Assembly: GCA_001563335.1 (NCBI GenBank)
Contig: LRSL01000058.1
Coordinates: forward strand, 12,648 to 76,647
Source of the DNA: Candidatus Thorarchaeota archaeon SMTZ1-45
GTDB taxonomy: Archaea; Asgardarchaeota; Thorarchaeia; Thorarchaeales; Thorarchaeaceae
DNA: 64,000 nucleotides
Direction: 5' to 3'
The notes under the pieces are model-generated. The model was not told the DNA's origin and searched no databases. It saw only the letters and a program-made list of their open reading frames with translations. Below are positions 48,324 to 58,393 of this stretch, piece after piece. How positions within the stretch are numbered: the first letter of the stretch is position 1; every line of letters begins with the position of its first letter. The position numbers were made by a program, and so were the translations under genes.

Positions 48324-49919
48324 ATGGTGATTGAGACGGTGCAAGACAACCCAATAATCCCAGAGTTTATGATGTATACGACAGGATTAGAGGCTAGTGA
48401 AATTGAAGAATTGCGTAACCGAATCTCTCAATATTCCCGCTCTAACAGGGACCGGTTCAGGCTCTTCACAGATATTTTGCTTGAATACGTTGGAAGTGGA
48501 GAATGGAAGAATCGTAGTCCTGCTTTTCTTGCGATGTGCGCAAAGGGTAGCTTTCTAAGAGGTATGTATGGATACAATCAGATTCTTGCAAAAGAGCAAT
48601 CCAATTTAACAGCAAAAGGATATGCCGCAGCAGCCTATTGTCGTCAAAGTCTTGATCCTCGTTGGTTGAATAATCTCCGGAATATCACCAACCAGGCTTG
48701 GCAATCGAAAGATTACATTGCATTTGCTGAATTATCTGGTCAGCTTGCATCTGTTCTTATTGACTTGGGATATACTGATCATGCCCGTGAAGTTGCTTCA
48801 GAGAGTATAGAGAAAGTAACCCAAGCAACTGCAAAGGATACATCCATTCGAAATATGGTTCAAGCTGCTCTCCTTCGAGCAAGAATTATTCTCGCAACCA
48901 TAGCTGAGACTGCTGAATCTCGTGAGGAGGCGCTGATTCGATTGGACTCAGCACAGGATACTGCAAAGCATCTTGATCACCAGCTGGCTCTCACAGATAT
49001 CAAGTTTTTCAGAAGTCGTGCTTTAGAGGAGTTTTACGAACATGACAGAGCACTGAGTCTTGTTACAGCTGCACTTCGGCAATATGAACGGATGGGATAT
49101 TTGCAGGGAGCTGCTGATGCTCGAAATCTACGAGGAGTTATCCATCTGAATATGGGTCGATTACAGGAAGCCCGTGACCAATTCGAAGAATTGCTAATTA
49201 TTCAACAACGGCTTAACAATCAGATAGGTCTTGCTGCAACACTCATCAATGTTGGAGAGATTGATCGAACCCTTGATCAGATTCAACAAATGGAAACTTA
49301 CAACCGTAGAGCTCTCGAAATTAGTCAAGAAGCAGAGTATGTGCGTGGAATTGTTGTAGCCACTGTAAATCTTGGTGATGTTGCTTTACGCAAGGGTGAA
49401 ACTGAGGAGGCAATACGGCTCTATAACGAAGGAATTGAACTCTCAGAAAAAGCCGGAATGAGAACCACTCTTGCACTAACATTATTCTTGGCTGGCGATG
49501 CAAATTATATTCTACAGAGATACGATGAAGCTATCACTTGCTACAGACGAGCGAAGGATGTTTCAGTTGAAATTGACCATCTACTTTATGTATTCAATGC
49601 AGATGTGAGTGAACTTGTAACTATTTTAGAAGCTGAGAAAAAACCTGACCATAAACTCCTATCAATGATACGTTCAACTCTCGGCTCGATAGGCGACTGG
49701 TCAGATTCTCCAGAGTTCAGTTTAATGATGGATGTCCGAAAGAAAGTATTAGATGACCATACATGTGATAGTGATCTCTGCGTGTTTTTTGATGGTGAGA
49801 AGAGTTTTGAATGTAGAGTAGAGAGGATGGGTCTCCGAAAGGAATGCTTTGGAAATCTATATTGGATGGGTGGTTTGTGCCCTCATTTCAAAGATTTCTT
49901 GTCCAAACTTCGAGAATAG
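48324..49919 (+). CDS. TPR-repeat protein with a C-terminal Cys cluster
   Basis: Repeated A...NLG...G..EA motifs; five Cys in the last ~55 aa. Confidence 0.85.
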   Translation: MVIETVQDNPIIPEFMMYTTGLEASEIEELRNRISQYSRSNRDRFRLFTDILLEYVGSGEWKNRSPAFLAMCAKGSFLRGMYGYNQILAKEQSNLTAKGYAAAAYCRQSLDPRWLNNLRNITNQAWQSKDYIAFAELSGQLASVLIDLGYTDHAREVASESIEKVTQATAKDTSIRNMVQAALLRARIILATIAETAESREEALIRLDSAQDTAKHLDHQLALTDIKFFRSRALEEFYEHDRALSLVTAALRQYERMGYLQGAADARNLRGVIHLNMGRLQEARDQFEELLIIQQRLNNQIGLAATLINVGEIDRTLDQIQQMETYNRRALEISQEAEYVRGIVVATVNLGDVALRKGETEEAIRLYNEGIELSEKAGMRTTLALTLFLAGDANYILQRYDEAITCYRRAKDVSVEIDHLLYVFNADVSELVTILEAEKKPDHKLLSMIRSTLGSIGDWSDSPEFSLMMDVRKKVLDDHTCDSDLCVFFDGEKSFECRVERMGLRKECFGNLYWMGGLCPHFKDFLSKLRE

Positions 49920-49952
49920 ATTCAACAATCATAATCGCTACTGGTGCTGGAT

Positions 49953-50260
49953 ATGAACAATAACAAGAGGATATTGGTTGTTGATGATGATGATATCGCC
50001 ACAAATTTGGCAAAAACATTTCTTGAGAAACATGGATTCGAGGTGATGTGATGCTTCCAATAATTGATGGTTTTAAAGTTTGCAAAGAATTGAAAGAACA
50101 CATCAGTTTTAAAAAAACTCCAATTCTGATTTTGACTGCTAAAAATCGTATCAGTGATATTCAAAGAGGAAAATCTGTTGACGCTGATGAGTATATCATC
50201 AAACCTTTCTCATCGAAAAATCTTGTAGCAATAATTAGAAAACATTTCGGAATATTGTAA
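49953..50260 (+). pseudogene. Response regulator receiver broken by an internal deletion and frameshift
   Basis: MNNNKRILVVDDDD...LEKHGFEVM* (49953-50051), then DVMLPIIDGFKVC...PILILTA...YIIKPF in another frame. The alpha2-beta3 segment is missing. Confidence 0.8.
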
Positions 50261-50277
50261 AATGGTGTTTTCCAAAT

Positions 50278-50997
50278 CTATTCTATATCGACTATAATTT
50301 TGGTATCATCATCAGAATCTCTATCCTCTGATTGCTGAGGTTTCTCTGATAACATACTCTCGAATAGCCTAAGTGCTTCCTTAACTGTACTTGCCCACGC
50401 TTCTTCTCGTTCTTGGATAGAATCGTCCACCTGTTGGCGAATCGGATCGATGAGCGACCTCACTTTCTGACAGCTTTCTTCATCCCATTCTGCATATTCC
50501 ATGATGGTTTCTATCTGCCTTATTATCTGGCTTCGAATAGATGCAAACCGCATTCTTTCCTCATCAAGATTCTCAAGTCTTTTATTGACTTTACCAAGCT
50601 CACGAAGGAGTTTTCTGACTGCTGTTACATCTGGTCTTGCTTCAGGGATAACAAATCCCTGTGGAACAATTAGACGCGTTCCTGTTCTTCCATGACTTGT
50701 GAGCCTGACTACAAAGGCATCAGGGAGGATTGTTGTTGAAAGACCAAAACGAACATTGAGACGATAGTAGACTCTATCGGGTCCAACTTCACTCTCTCCA
50801 TGTTCACGTTCAACCAATCCTGCGTCTTGAAGTGCTTCAAGATGTTTAAACACACCACGCGGAGTTAGACCTAGCACTTTGCTCAACTCGTAGGGATATC
50901 TCTCACCTTGTGCTAAAAGACGAAGAATTCTCCTGCGTGTTTCGTTTCCTAAAGCCTTGAAGACTTTGTCAAGATCACTTGGTCCTTCTTGTGTCAA
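50278..50997 (-). CDS. ArsR-family HTH regulator with a coiled-coil C-terminus
   Basis: FKALGNETRRRILRLL, YELS, KHLEALQDAGLV and RVYY motifs. Confidence 0.9.
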   Translation of the reverse strand: MTQEGPSDLDKVFKALGNETRRRILRLLAQGERYPYELSKVLGLTPRGVFKHLEALQDAGLVEREHGESEVGPDRVYYRLNVRFGLSTTILPDAFVVRLTSHGRTGTRLIVPQGFVIPEARPDVTAVRKLLRELGKVNKRLENLDEERMRFASIRSQIIRQIETIMEYAEWDEESCQKVRSLIDPIRQQVDDSIQEREEAWASTVKEALRLFESMLSEKPQQSEDRDSDDDTKIIVDIE

Positions 50998-51047
50998 CCG
51001 TTATCATCTTTCCATCGATATGATATTCACATGTCAGCTATACTGAA

Positions 51048-51299
51048 TTACAGATAATCAACGCTTTCCCATATTCCATAGAGAAATATCAACCACTCAA
51101 TATAGAGCTTGTCTGGTTCCCAAAAGTCAATCCCAGAAGTTGACATCCATTCTGGAAATACTTCGTCTTGTTTCAATTCCATTATATGCTCTCCAATTAT
51201 TCGACTATTTACTAGGTTACTCGAGTAATTCTTGCTAGATTCTAGTTTATCTAAGATACCAATTGGTATCTTAGCATTTAAGGCTTGGCACATGACCAT
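51048..51299 (-). CDS. Hypothetical protein (uncertain)
   Basis: 83-aa ORF lying 4 bp downstream of 51304..51621; no motif recognised. Confidence 0.3.
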   Translation of the reverse strand: MVMCQALNAKIPIGILDKLESSKNYSSNLVNSRIIGEHIMELKQDEVFPEWMSTSGIDFWEPDKLYIEWLIFLYGIWESVDYL

Positions 51300-51303
51300 A
51301 ATT

Positions 51304-51621
51304 TCAGTGGTCAGCTTTTCTACTATTTTCTAATCTTCGAACTGCTTTGGTCACGGAATCAGGTTGAGTGTGACTTCGATACCTTTCGTGACGTACGTCT
51401 GCTTTCTCATATATTGGTCCTTGTCCTGTAAGGAAACCTGTTGAAACTCCATCCTTAGATTGTATGACTGGTCTTGTTGCTTTCATCAACAGATACCGTA
51501 AGAACTCAAGATCTGTCACTTTTCGTCCCATTTTGCGTTGATATCGCATTTTTTCCTCTTCCCAGGTCAAAATATCATGTTCTGTGAGTCCTTTCAGTAG
51601 TTTATTTTTGAGTTCGCCCAT
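51304..51621 (-). CDS. Small basic protein, possibly ribbon-helix-helix DNA-binding
   Basis: GGAGA RBS; the pattern ...GRKVTDLEFLRYLL resembles RHH helix B. Confidence 0.6.
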   Translation of the reverse strand: MGELKNKLLKGLTEHDILTWEEEKMRYQRKMGRKVTDLEFLRYLLMKATRPVIQSKDGVSTGFLTGQGPIYEKADVRHERYRSHTQPDSVTKAVRRLENSRKADH

Positions 51622-51715
51622 GTTTTGTTCTCCATGAAAGTTAACCTTGTTAACCCTAATCTATGCTATATCATGTTGTGATACCTAGGGAATATCATTT
51701 TCAAAATACCCGGTT

Positions 51716-52321
51716 TCAAACCTTTGGGAAGATTTTGCCTGTCTTTTTCATATACTCCTCATAGTCAGATCCGAACTGCTTAATCATCATTTTTTCTTCT
51801 CTTTTCATTCGAGCATAGGTGAAAGGCACTCCAAATATTGCTAGAATTATAAGAGGAATGTTCGCAGTAAGGAGAACCATCCCAAAGTTGAACAAATTAT
51901 GGACTGAATATAGAGGATGACGTACCCTGGAATAGGGACCAGTTGTGATGATTTTCTGTTCAGTTTTAGTTTCAAGAGCATATGAGTAGTGTTGACCAAG
52001 TGTTCTATGGACCCATATCATTAATGGAACAGAGCATACCAGAATTACGATACCAATCCAATGAAGCCAGAATGGAAAAACAAGGTCCGCCCAGGACATC
52101 CATGATGGTCCCCATAGAAACAGTCCGATAAGAAATAATTCCACATATGTCAGAACAACCAGCACAATCCCTGTCCATCCCTCTTGTTTAATAGCAGCTC
52201 GTCGCTCTGCTCCTGAGCGAGGTTTGTCGGGGTCTTTTGCTTTTCTTACATAATATATTCTGACAATCCAAAAGATTGCAAAAATTAAGACAAAGGTAAC
52301 TCGATAGACTAAGTCAGTCAT
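51716..52321 (-). CDS. Isoprenylcysteine carboxylmethyltransferase family protein
   Basis: TLGQHYS, ITTGPYSRVRHPLY and EEKMM..QFG.DY.EY motifs. Confidence 0.88.
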   Translation of the reverse strand: MTDLVYRVTFVLIFAIFWIVRIYYVRKAKDPDKPRSGAERRAAIKQEGWTGIVLVVLTYVELFLIGLFLWGPSWMSWADLVFPFWLHWIGIVILVCSVPLMIWVHRTLGQHYSYALETKTEQKIITTGPYSRVRHPLYSVHNLFNFGMVLLTANIPLIILAIFGVPFTYARMKREEKMMIKQFGSDYEEYMKKTGKIFPKV

Positions 52322-52333
52322 TTTGAGTTCTCA

Positions 52334-53560
52334 TCATCCGTTATTCTCTTCTTCTGGTTCCTCGTCTTCAATTTTGGTAGTTACAGCTCTTCCCTCTGTG
52401 GTCGGAGCCGGAGTGAATCTTGCTTCAGCAGCTTTTGGTTTGTGATAAAGACTCTCAGAGCGAGTCTTGGTGAATTGAGTGACAGCTGTCCATGTCGCAG
52501 ACCGATTTGCTAATGGCGTGAGCTTCTTGATTCTGAACATCACAATTGCTGCAACGTCAATCAGAATGATGTTCATTGCGAGAAGAAGCAGTGAACCGAC
52601 GCCAATTATGGCAATGTCTGCACTAGCGTATATTGCACCCAGCATCATCATTAAAGCTGCATTTACTGCAGGAGGCATTAAAGCAGCAGATATTGCAACA
52701 CCTACAAGGCTTGACATATCACCTCTAGTGACAGAAACTGCAACTGCTGGTCCTGATATGATTGCAACACCGACATCTATTGCTGAGAATCCACCTCTTC
52801 GAGTGATCTCTGTAATGACCATTGGTTCCGCTTGGAAATTATCCACTACACCTTGTACAAAATTAGCTGGTGTTCCTACAATTAGGATTGGTAGCATTAA
52901 AGCCATGACAATTCCAACTGCAAATGAAAGTCCTAATGATATCAGCTCATTCCTTGTACCTTTGATGAATAGTGCTCTATCCCTGACAACATATCCCAGA
53001 GCTACACCAAGCATTGGTCCCATCAATGGAGAGAGCAGCATAGAAGCAACAATAACTGTGATGTTATTCTGTATCAGACCAAAACCCGCCATGGCTGCTG
53101 CTAATATAGAGAATGCAATAAAGTCAAAACTCAGAGAGGCTTGCTTCTGGACACTCTCATATATCTCTTCAACCGCAAGCGTTGCATCTCTTTGTATCTT
53201 GGTGTCACTGATCTCTTCGGATTCACGTGGAAGAGTAGCTTTTAAGTCAAGTATGTCAATAAATCCGAATTCTACACCCACACCTCTGCTTTTTAGCTTC
53301 TCAATTGCCTCATTTGCCTGGCCATCAGTTATCCTAAATTGCAGTATGTGGGCATTGTCAGTGTTCATCTTTGTAACATTATTGATACCAAGGGCATCTA
53401 TTACAAAATCAAACACTGCTTCAGTCTTTTCGTAGGGTACAGTAATTTGCACCTGTTTCACAGACGCACAGCTCCCATATTGACTTCGCAGCTTCATTGG
53501 AAATCTATTAAGGCTTTCTAGAAAACGAATTTCTATCAATTGTAATACTATTAATACCAT
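52334..53560 (-). CDS. TIGR00341/DUF389 family membrane protein
   Basis: IVASMLLSPLMGP and LVGVAISAALMPPA motifs. The true start is probably downstream of 53560. Confidence 0.88.
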   Translation of the reverse strand: MVLIVLQLIEIRFLESLNRFPMKLRSQYGSCASVKQVQITVPYEKTEAVFDFVIDALGINNVTKMNTDNAHILQFRITDGQANEAIEKLKSRGVGVEFGFIDILDLKATLPRESEEISDTKIQRDATLAVEEIYESVQKQASLSFDFIAFSILAAAMAGFGLIQNNITVIVASMLLSPLMGPMLGVALGYVVRDRALFIKGTRNELISLGLSFAVGIVMALMLPILIVGTPANFVQGVVDNFQAEPMVITEITRRGGFSAIDVGVAIISGPAVAVSVTRGDMSSLVGVAISAALMPPAVNAALMMMLGAIYASADIAIIGVGSLLLLAMNIILIDVAAIVMFRIKKLTPLANRSATWTAVTQFTKTRSESLYHKPKAAEARFTPAPTTEGRAVTTKIEDEEPEEENNG

Positions 53561-53630
53561 TATAGGTCTTTACGCATCAAACACCAAGCTTTTCTTTGCT
53601 TCATATCTAGCAAAGTAAGAGGACGTAAGT

Positions 53631-54326
53631 ATGGGTGTCATAGAGGTCTTTTTCGTTCTTGCTGGTTGGTTTGTTCTCTCACTTACAGGAGCATTAGCAC
53701 CAGGACCTCTTTCTGCAGCAGTCATACAGCAAGCAAGTAAACATGGGCGACTTCATGGAATTCTACCTATGGTTGGTCATGCTCTTGTGGAGCTAGTGAT
53801 TATTGCTGCCATTATTCTAGGTGTAAACTCTGCGTTTCTTGATCCTTACACAGATTTTCTTATGGGATTTGGAGGAGTAATTATCATTCTATTTGGGATT
53901 CTTGCTCTACGTGACTATAAGCAGGAATCCACAAAACCTACAGCTGAATTGAAACACGAAATGACCGCTACATCCGCATTGGAAGCAACAACTCAGGGAG
54001 CGCTCGTCAGTATCTTCTCACCATACTTCTTGCTCTGGTGGATTGCGGCAGGTTTCACAGCGATTACATACCTACTTGAGAATGTTCAGTGGAGTGTTGG
54101 AGCTGTACTCGTTGCTGGAACACTCATCTATTTCACTCATATCTCTACAGACTTCATTTTTGGGGCATTTCTGTCAGTTGGTGCAACCTATGGGAGTAAG
54201 AAGGCACAGGTCGATTCTAAAGTTGGTCGTCTGAATCTGGTTAATATCGGGATTGGTTTCTTTCAAATAGTTCTTGGTTTGTTCTTTGTTTTTCTTGCAC
54301 TACCAGGTCTTTTTTTCGGCTCATAA
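53631..54326 (+). CDS. LysE-family transporter
   Basis: APGPL, GHALVE and SPYFLLWW motifs. Confidence 0.88.
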   Translation: MGVIEVFFVLAGWFVLSLTGALAPGPLSAAVIQQASKHGRLHGILPMVGHALVELVIIAAIILGVNSAFLDPYTDFLMGFGGVIIILFGILALRDYKQESTKPTAELKHEMTATSALEATTQGALVSIFSPYFLLWWIAAGFTAITYLLENVQWSVGAVLVAGTLIYFTHISTDFIFGAFLSVGATYGSKKAQVDSKVGRLNLVNIGIGFFQIVLGLFFVFLALPGLFFGS

Positions 54327-54363
54327 GAAAACAAGTAGATACACAAATCAATACCGACTGGAA

Positions 54364-55134
54364 TCAAGTTTCTCTGTCTAATGAACCACTAATCTCTTCG
54401 TCAAACACCTTCAAAATTATGAATCCTAAAAGTGCCCCCAGTAGAGTAGCGATTGTACGTTCTATTAGCATTACTGGAAAGATTACAAAACCAAAGACAC
54501 TTGCAGGGATTTGAAGTAGGTAAACTGAACCCATAGCCATCATTGAATGGTCTAGCATTGCTCCAAGGAATGTAAAGGGAATGAGTTGGAGATACGATTT
54601 ATTTGGATTAAATTCGAACCTCTTGATCTGAAAAATTAGAGAAACCACTGCAGCCAAAATATATGGTAGCATGAACCACCAAGCCTCATAGACTACAATC
54701 TCATATAGAACTATCACTATGATTAGATAAAGCATCGTCACAAAAGGTCCTGGAATTTCGGAATTTGCAATCTTAGTCGACCTCTTCAGTGACAACCCAG
54801 TGAATAGTGCAGCTACTGCTGGTCCAACAATGGTTGTTGGAATAATCAGATACACACCTCCCCCAATTGGAAGACTGACCATGGTGGCCACTATTCCTGC
54901 AATAAGTCCAAATCCAAAACCTCTCCATGGACCCAAGATGATTCCTATTAATGGGGCAACACAGATAGCAAAACTAAGGATGCTACTCAGACCAGCAGCT
55001 CCAATAAAACCACTCATTGGAAGTAATGCAAGAATCGCATAGAGTGCTATCAAAATAACACCTACTGCAACCTTCTTTGTTTGACTTGCTGCTCTGAAGA
55101 GTTCCATTTCTTGACTATCTGAATCTGGGGACAA
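54364..55134 (-). CDS. Integral membrane protein, ECF S-component-like
   Basis: Multi-TM with an APLIGIILGP..G motif. Confidence 0.6.
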   Translation of the reverse strand: MSPDSDSQEMELFRAASQTKKVAVGVILIALYAILALLPMSGFIGAAGLSSILSFAICVAPLIGIILGPWRGFGFGLIAGIVATMVSLPIGGGVYLIIPTTIVGPAVAALFTGLSLKRSTKIANSEIPGPFVTMLYLIIVIVLYEIVVYEAWWFMLPYILAAVVSLIFQIKRFEFNPNKSYLQLIPFTFLGAMLDHSMMAMGSVYLLQIPASVFGFVIFPVMLIERTIATLLGALLGFIILKVFDEEISGSLDRET

Positions 55135-55257
55135 AAATCAACCCACTCCGCGCTGCTTCTGCAAATTGATATCTCTTTATGACGCTTGCGGTAATCTGGA
55201 AATGGTAAACGTTTTAGGTAGGCTTGTTTCACGCGGCATAACACGGAGGCTTTCGTA

Positions 55258-56574
55258 GTGAGTAGCGAAGAGACCTTTGATGTAATTGTTGTGGGGGCTG
55301 GGTGCCTAGGTGTTGCATCTGCTTTCTATTTGCAGAAGAACAGCCCTGACAAGAGAATTCTTCTAATTGATAGAACCCTTGCAGCAGGTCAGGCAAACAC
55401 TGCTATGAGTGCAGCCGCAGTTCGAAACATGTTTGCTTCATCTACAAATCAGCTACTCACTGACACCTCAATCAAGTACTTTGAGTATGTTCAGAAAGAG
55501 CTAGGCTATGATCTATTCTTTGAGAAGACTGGATATCTATGGCTACTCTCAGACGAGCAGTTCAATCATGAGAGTGTCAAAACATGGATGGAACGCATGG
55601 ATAAATCAGGAATCAGTTACAAGGTCTACAACAAGAAAGAACTAAAGGAGATGATCCCAGGTCTCAATGTAGACTTTTCTGGAGATGAGGAAGCAGAACT
55701 CATGAACCTCCAAGAAGTGAGTTACGGTCTCTTTGGTGCAGACTGTGGTGTTCTTGACCCTACAAGATTGGTTGAGTATTATTTTGAGGAATTCAAAAAG
55801 ATGTCTCATGTTAAACCTAGATTTGGGGTCGAGGTTGAGAAACTCCTCTTGGAGGCTGATCCAAAGTTAGACCTACCTGGTGAACCATATGTCTGGCAGA
55901 AGAAGAAGGTAAATGGTGTCATTACGAACAAGGGAACTCTTAGAGCTGATGTTGTCGTTCTTGCTGTTGGAGCATGGACAAATCAACTTCTTGACCCCAT
56001 AGGTATCGATAGCATGACTAAAGGTAAGAAACGCCAACTCTTTGTCATTCATGCTGAAGACAAGAAAGAACTACTGGAACTCCTGGATGTTAAAGGATTC
56101 AATGAGCTGAACTGTATTCCATTCACAATTCTACCATCTGCAGGAGTATATTTCAGACCGCAGCTTCAAGAACGAGGATTCTGGATTGGTTGCGGTGACA
56201 AGGTTGGTCGTGCCTACAAGTATATCCAAACAGATGAAGATATGGTGCCGGAGAGTGCATACTATGAAAACAACATGTATCCTGTACTTTCCAAATACTT
56301 TCCAGCATTTCAAAGCACACGACCTGTGAATAGCTGGGCTGGAGGATACAACTACAGTCCGGACAGAATCCCCTTCGTCTATTTGGAGTGCGGAGTTCTT
56401 GTCGTAAATGGTGCAAGTGGTTCTGGTATCATGAAGGCTGATGCTCTGGGTCGTATTGCTGATGCAGTTTATCGAAAAGAAGCAGAGGCTGAACTTTTCG
56501 GTGGGAAAAAGATACCCTCAAGCACACTTAGTATCAAAGACAGGAATGTTGAGGTTGAGAGTGTAATAATCTAG
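55258..56574 (+). CDS. FAD-dependent oxidoreductase (DadA / sarcosine oxidase beta / proline dehydrogenase family)
   Basis: VVGAGCLG, ANTAMSAA, VLAVGAW, WAGGY, PDRIP and SGSGIM motifs. Confidence 0.88.
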   Translation: MSSEETFDVIVVGAGCLGVASAFYLQKNSPDKRILLIDRTLAAGQANTAMSAAAVRNMFASSTNQLLTDTSIKYFEYVQKELGYDLFFEKTGYLWLLSDEQFNHESVKTWMERMDKSGISYKVYNKKELKEMIPGLNVDFSGDEEAELMNLQEVSYGLFGADCGVLDPTRLVEYYFEEFKKMSHVKPRFGVEVEKLLLEADPKLDLPGEPYVWQKKKVNGVITNKGTLRADVVVLAVGAWTNQLLDPIGIDSMTKGKKRQLFVIHAEDKKELLELLDVKGFNELNCIPFTILPSAGVYFRPQLQERGFWIGCGDKVGRAYKYIQTDEDMVPESAYYENNMYPVLSKYFPAFQSTRPVNSWAGGYNYSPDRIPFVYLECGVLVVNGASGSGIMKADALGRIADAVYRKEAEAELFGGKKIPSSTLSIKDRNVEVESVII

Positions 56575-56733
56575 TCAATTTTCGCGTAAGACAAAACCCT
56601 AAAAGGCAAATACATTTCTTCTTTTTACGACCTACAGGGGTTCAATTATTGAAATCTGTGTTCTATATTCACAGAAAGAACCCTTTTCCAGGCAGGCTAT
56701 CATCGATGGACGAAGACAATCCTCCCAAACGAG

Positions 56734-57699
56734 GTGGATCATATGAGCAGCGAGAAAGTAGAGAATGGAAGTTTCTCCGTTATGGCATTGGAGAGTGGTA
56801 TAAAGTATGCCACCCTGGAAGACGCCCCTGATGTACCCCTGCTCATAGAGATTGTTGGAATACGACCTGATGATATAGCCAAGATATCTAAGCATTTTGA
56901 AATTGATTTAGAAGACCTTCAAGACGTTCAGGACCTTGATGAAAGACCTCGTCTACAGATTGAGGATAAGTTTACAATGATGGTCTTTCGAGTACCTGTA
57001 GATATTATCGTGGCTGAAAGAGAGTATTCAACAAATCCAATTGGTATCTTCACAAATGGTCGTGACATCATTGTGATTCAGAATGATGTTGTACCTCTTA
57101 GAAAGAAAAGATTGCGAAAGAAGGTACAATTTGGCACCACAGCTTCTGAGGTTATCTATCGCTGGCTCGAGATTATCATACATTCGTTCGAACACACACT
57201 CGATCTTATAGAGGATACCATCAACAAGACAGAGGAGGATATTATGAGTGACATCTATCCCTCCCAGTTAGAATGGTTCTTTCAGCTCTCTCGAGATGCT
57301 GTTTTCATGGAAACCTCCCTTAAGGCAAATATGAAAGTTCTGAGGAGGCTAATGCGATTCAATATTATTGGTCGAATGATACTTGATGAGGATCGACTTG
57401 AAGAACTTGAAGTCGACCTACAACAGCAGGTTGAACTAAGTGCCATATACAGAGAACTAATTGAGAATGCGATGACTGCATACGATAGTATTGTCAGTCA
57501 TAATCTCAACCGTGTTATTAAGACGCTCACTTCCATTTCACTTCTTGTTAGTGTTCCTACATTGATTGCGAGTATCTACGGTATGAATGTGGGATTGCCC
57601 CTAGAGAATGATCCTCTGGCATTCTTTCTCATTATTCTTGTCAGCCTATTCATAACTCTTCCATTACTTATCATATTGAGACAGAAAGGTCTCGTCTAG
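56734..57699 (+). CDS. corA: CorA-family Mg2+/Co2+ transporter
   Basis: DERPR, LNRVIKTLT and IYGMNV signatures; two C-terminal TMs. Confidence 0.92.
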   Translation: MDHMSSEKVENGSFSVMALESGIKYATLEDAPDVPLLIEIVGIRPDDIAKISKHFEIDLEDLQDVQDLDERPRLQIEDKFTMMVFRVPVDIIVAEREYSTNPIGIFTNGRDIIVIQNDVVPLRKKRLRKKVQFGTTASEVIYRWLEIIIHSFEHTLDLIEDTINKTEEDIMSDIYPSQLEWFFQLSRDAVFMETSLKANMKVLRRLMRFNIIGRMILDEDRLEELEVDLQQQVELSAIYRELIENAMTAYDSIVSHNLNRVIKTLTSISLLVSVPTLIASIYGMNVGLPLENDPLAFFLIILVSLFITLPLLIILRQKGLV

Positions 57700-58337
57700 A
57701 CTTCAGGTTTCTTTGCCAGAATCCAGTAGTGTGTTTCATCACATGTAGTGACCGTTCGCTCAAATACAACTTCGAAGCCTGTGTTATTTACAAGTTGGAG
57801 GCTTTCTCTAGATGCAGGATGACTCCATGCCATTGGTGCACCATAGTATTCACTTACTTCTTCCCACTCATTACATGCAGTACTCACTAACATAATGCCT
57901 CCTGACTTTAACCAATCGAATATCTTTTTGTAAAGCCAAGGATGCTGGGTTCTGAAAATATGAATGAACGCATAAGTTGAAACTATTCCATCAAAAGAGC
58001 CTGGTTCGAAATCTGTCTTTGTGATGTCCCCTAGTATCAATTCCGCTTCTGGAACATTCTGTTTTGCTATCTCGAGCATTCCCTTTGAAAAGTCAATACC
58101 CTTGGTATGATATCCCTTGTCGATGAGTTTTCGTAGTACTAGAAAACCACATCCACATCCAATATCAAGAATAGTCCCATTCTCAGGGAGATGAGAGATA
58201 AACTCCTGTATTTCTTTTTCATTCTTGAATAGGTTTCTATCTGAATAGTAGTTTCTCGCAATCTTGTTGTACCCTTCCATTACGATTCTTCCATGTTCAT
58301 CTGGTCCCAAGCCATGTCTTCTCTTCAACAATTTCAA
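57696..58337 (-). CDS. Class I SAM-dependent methyltransferase
   Basis: ILDIGCGCG, GIDFS, FDGI and LKSGG motifs. Confidence 0.9.
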   Translation of the reverse strand: MKLLKRRHGLGPDEHGRIVMEGYNKIARNYYSDRNLFKNEKEIQEFISHLPENGTILDIGCGCGFLVLRKLIDKGYHTKGIDFSKGMLEIAKQNVPEAELILGDITKTDFEPGSFDGIVSTYAFIHIFRTQHPWLYKKIFDWLKSGGIMLVSTACNEWEEVSEYYGAPMAWSHPASRESLQLVNNTGFEVVFERTVTTCDETHYWILAKKPEV

Positions 58338-58393
58338 ACAGTCTTTGCTGGGAAGAATCGTACTTATTTATACGAAGGTTAACTTGTTTAGTC

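Noticed and set aside
52479-53435. 318-aa + strand ORF
   Set aside because: Antisense shadow of the DUF389 gene with no motifs. The same applies to the many short overlapping ORFs in the track.
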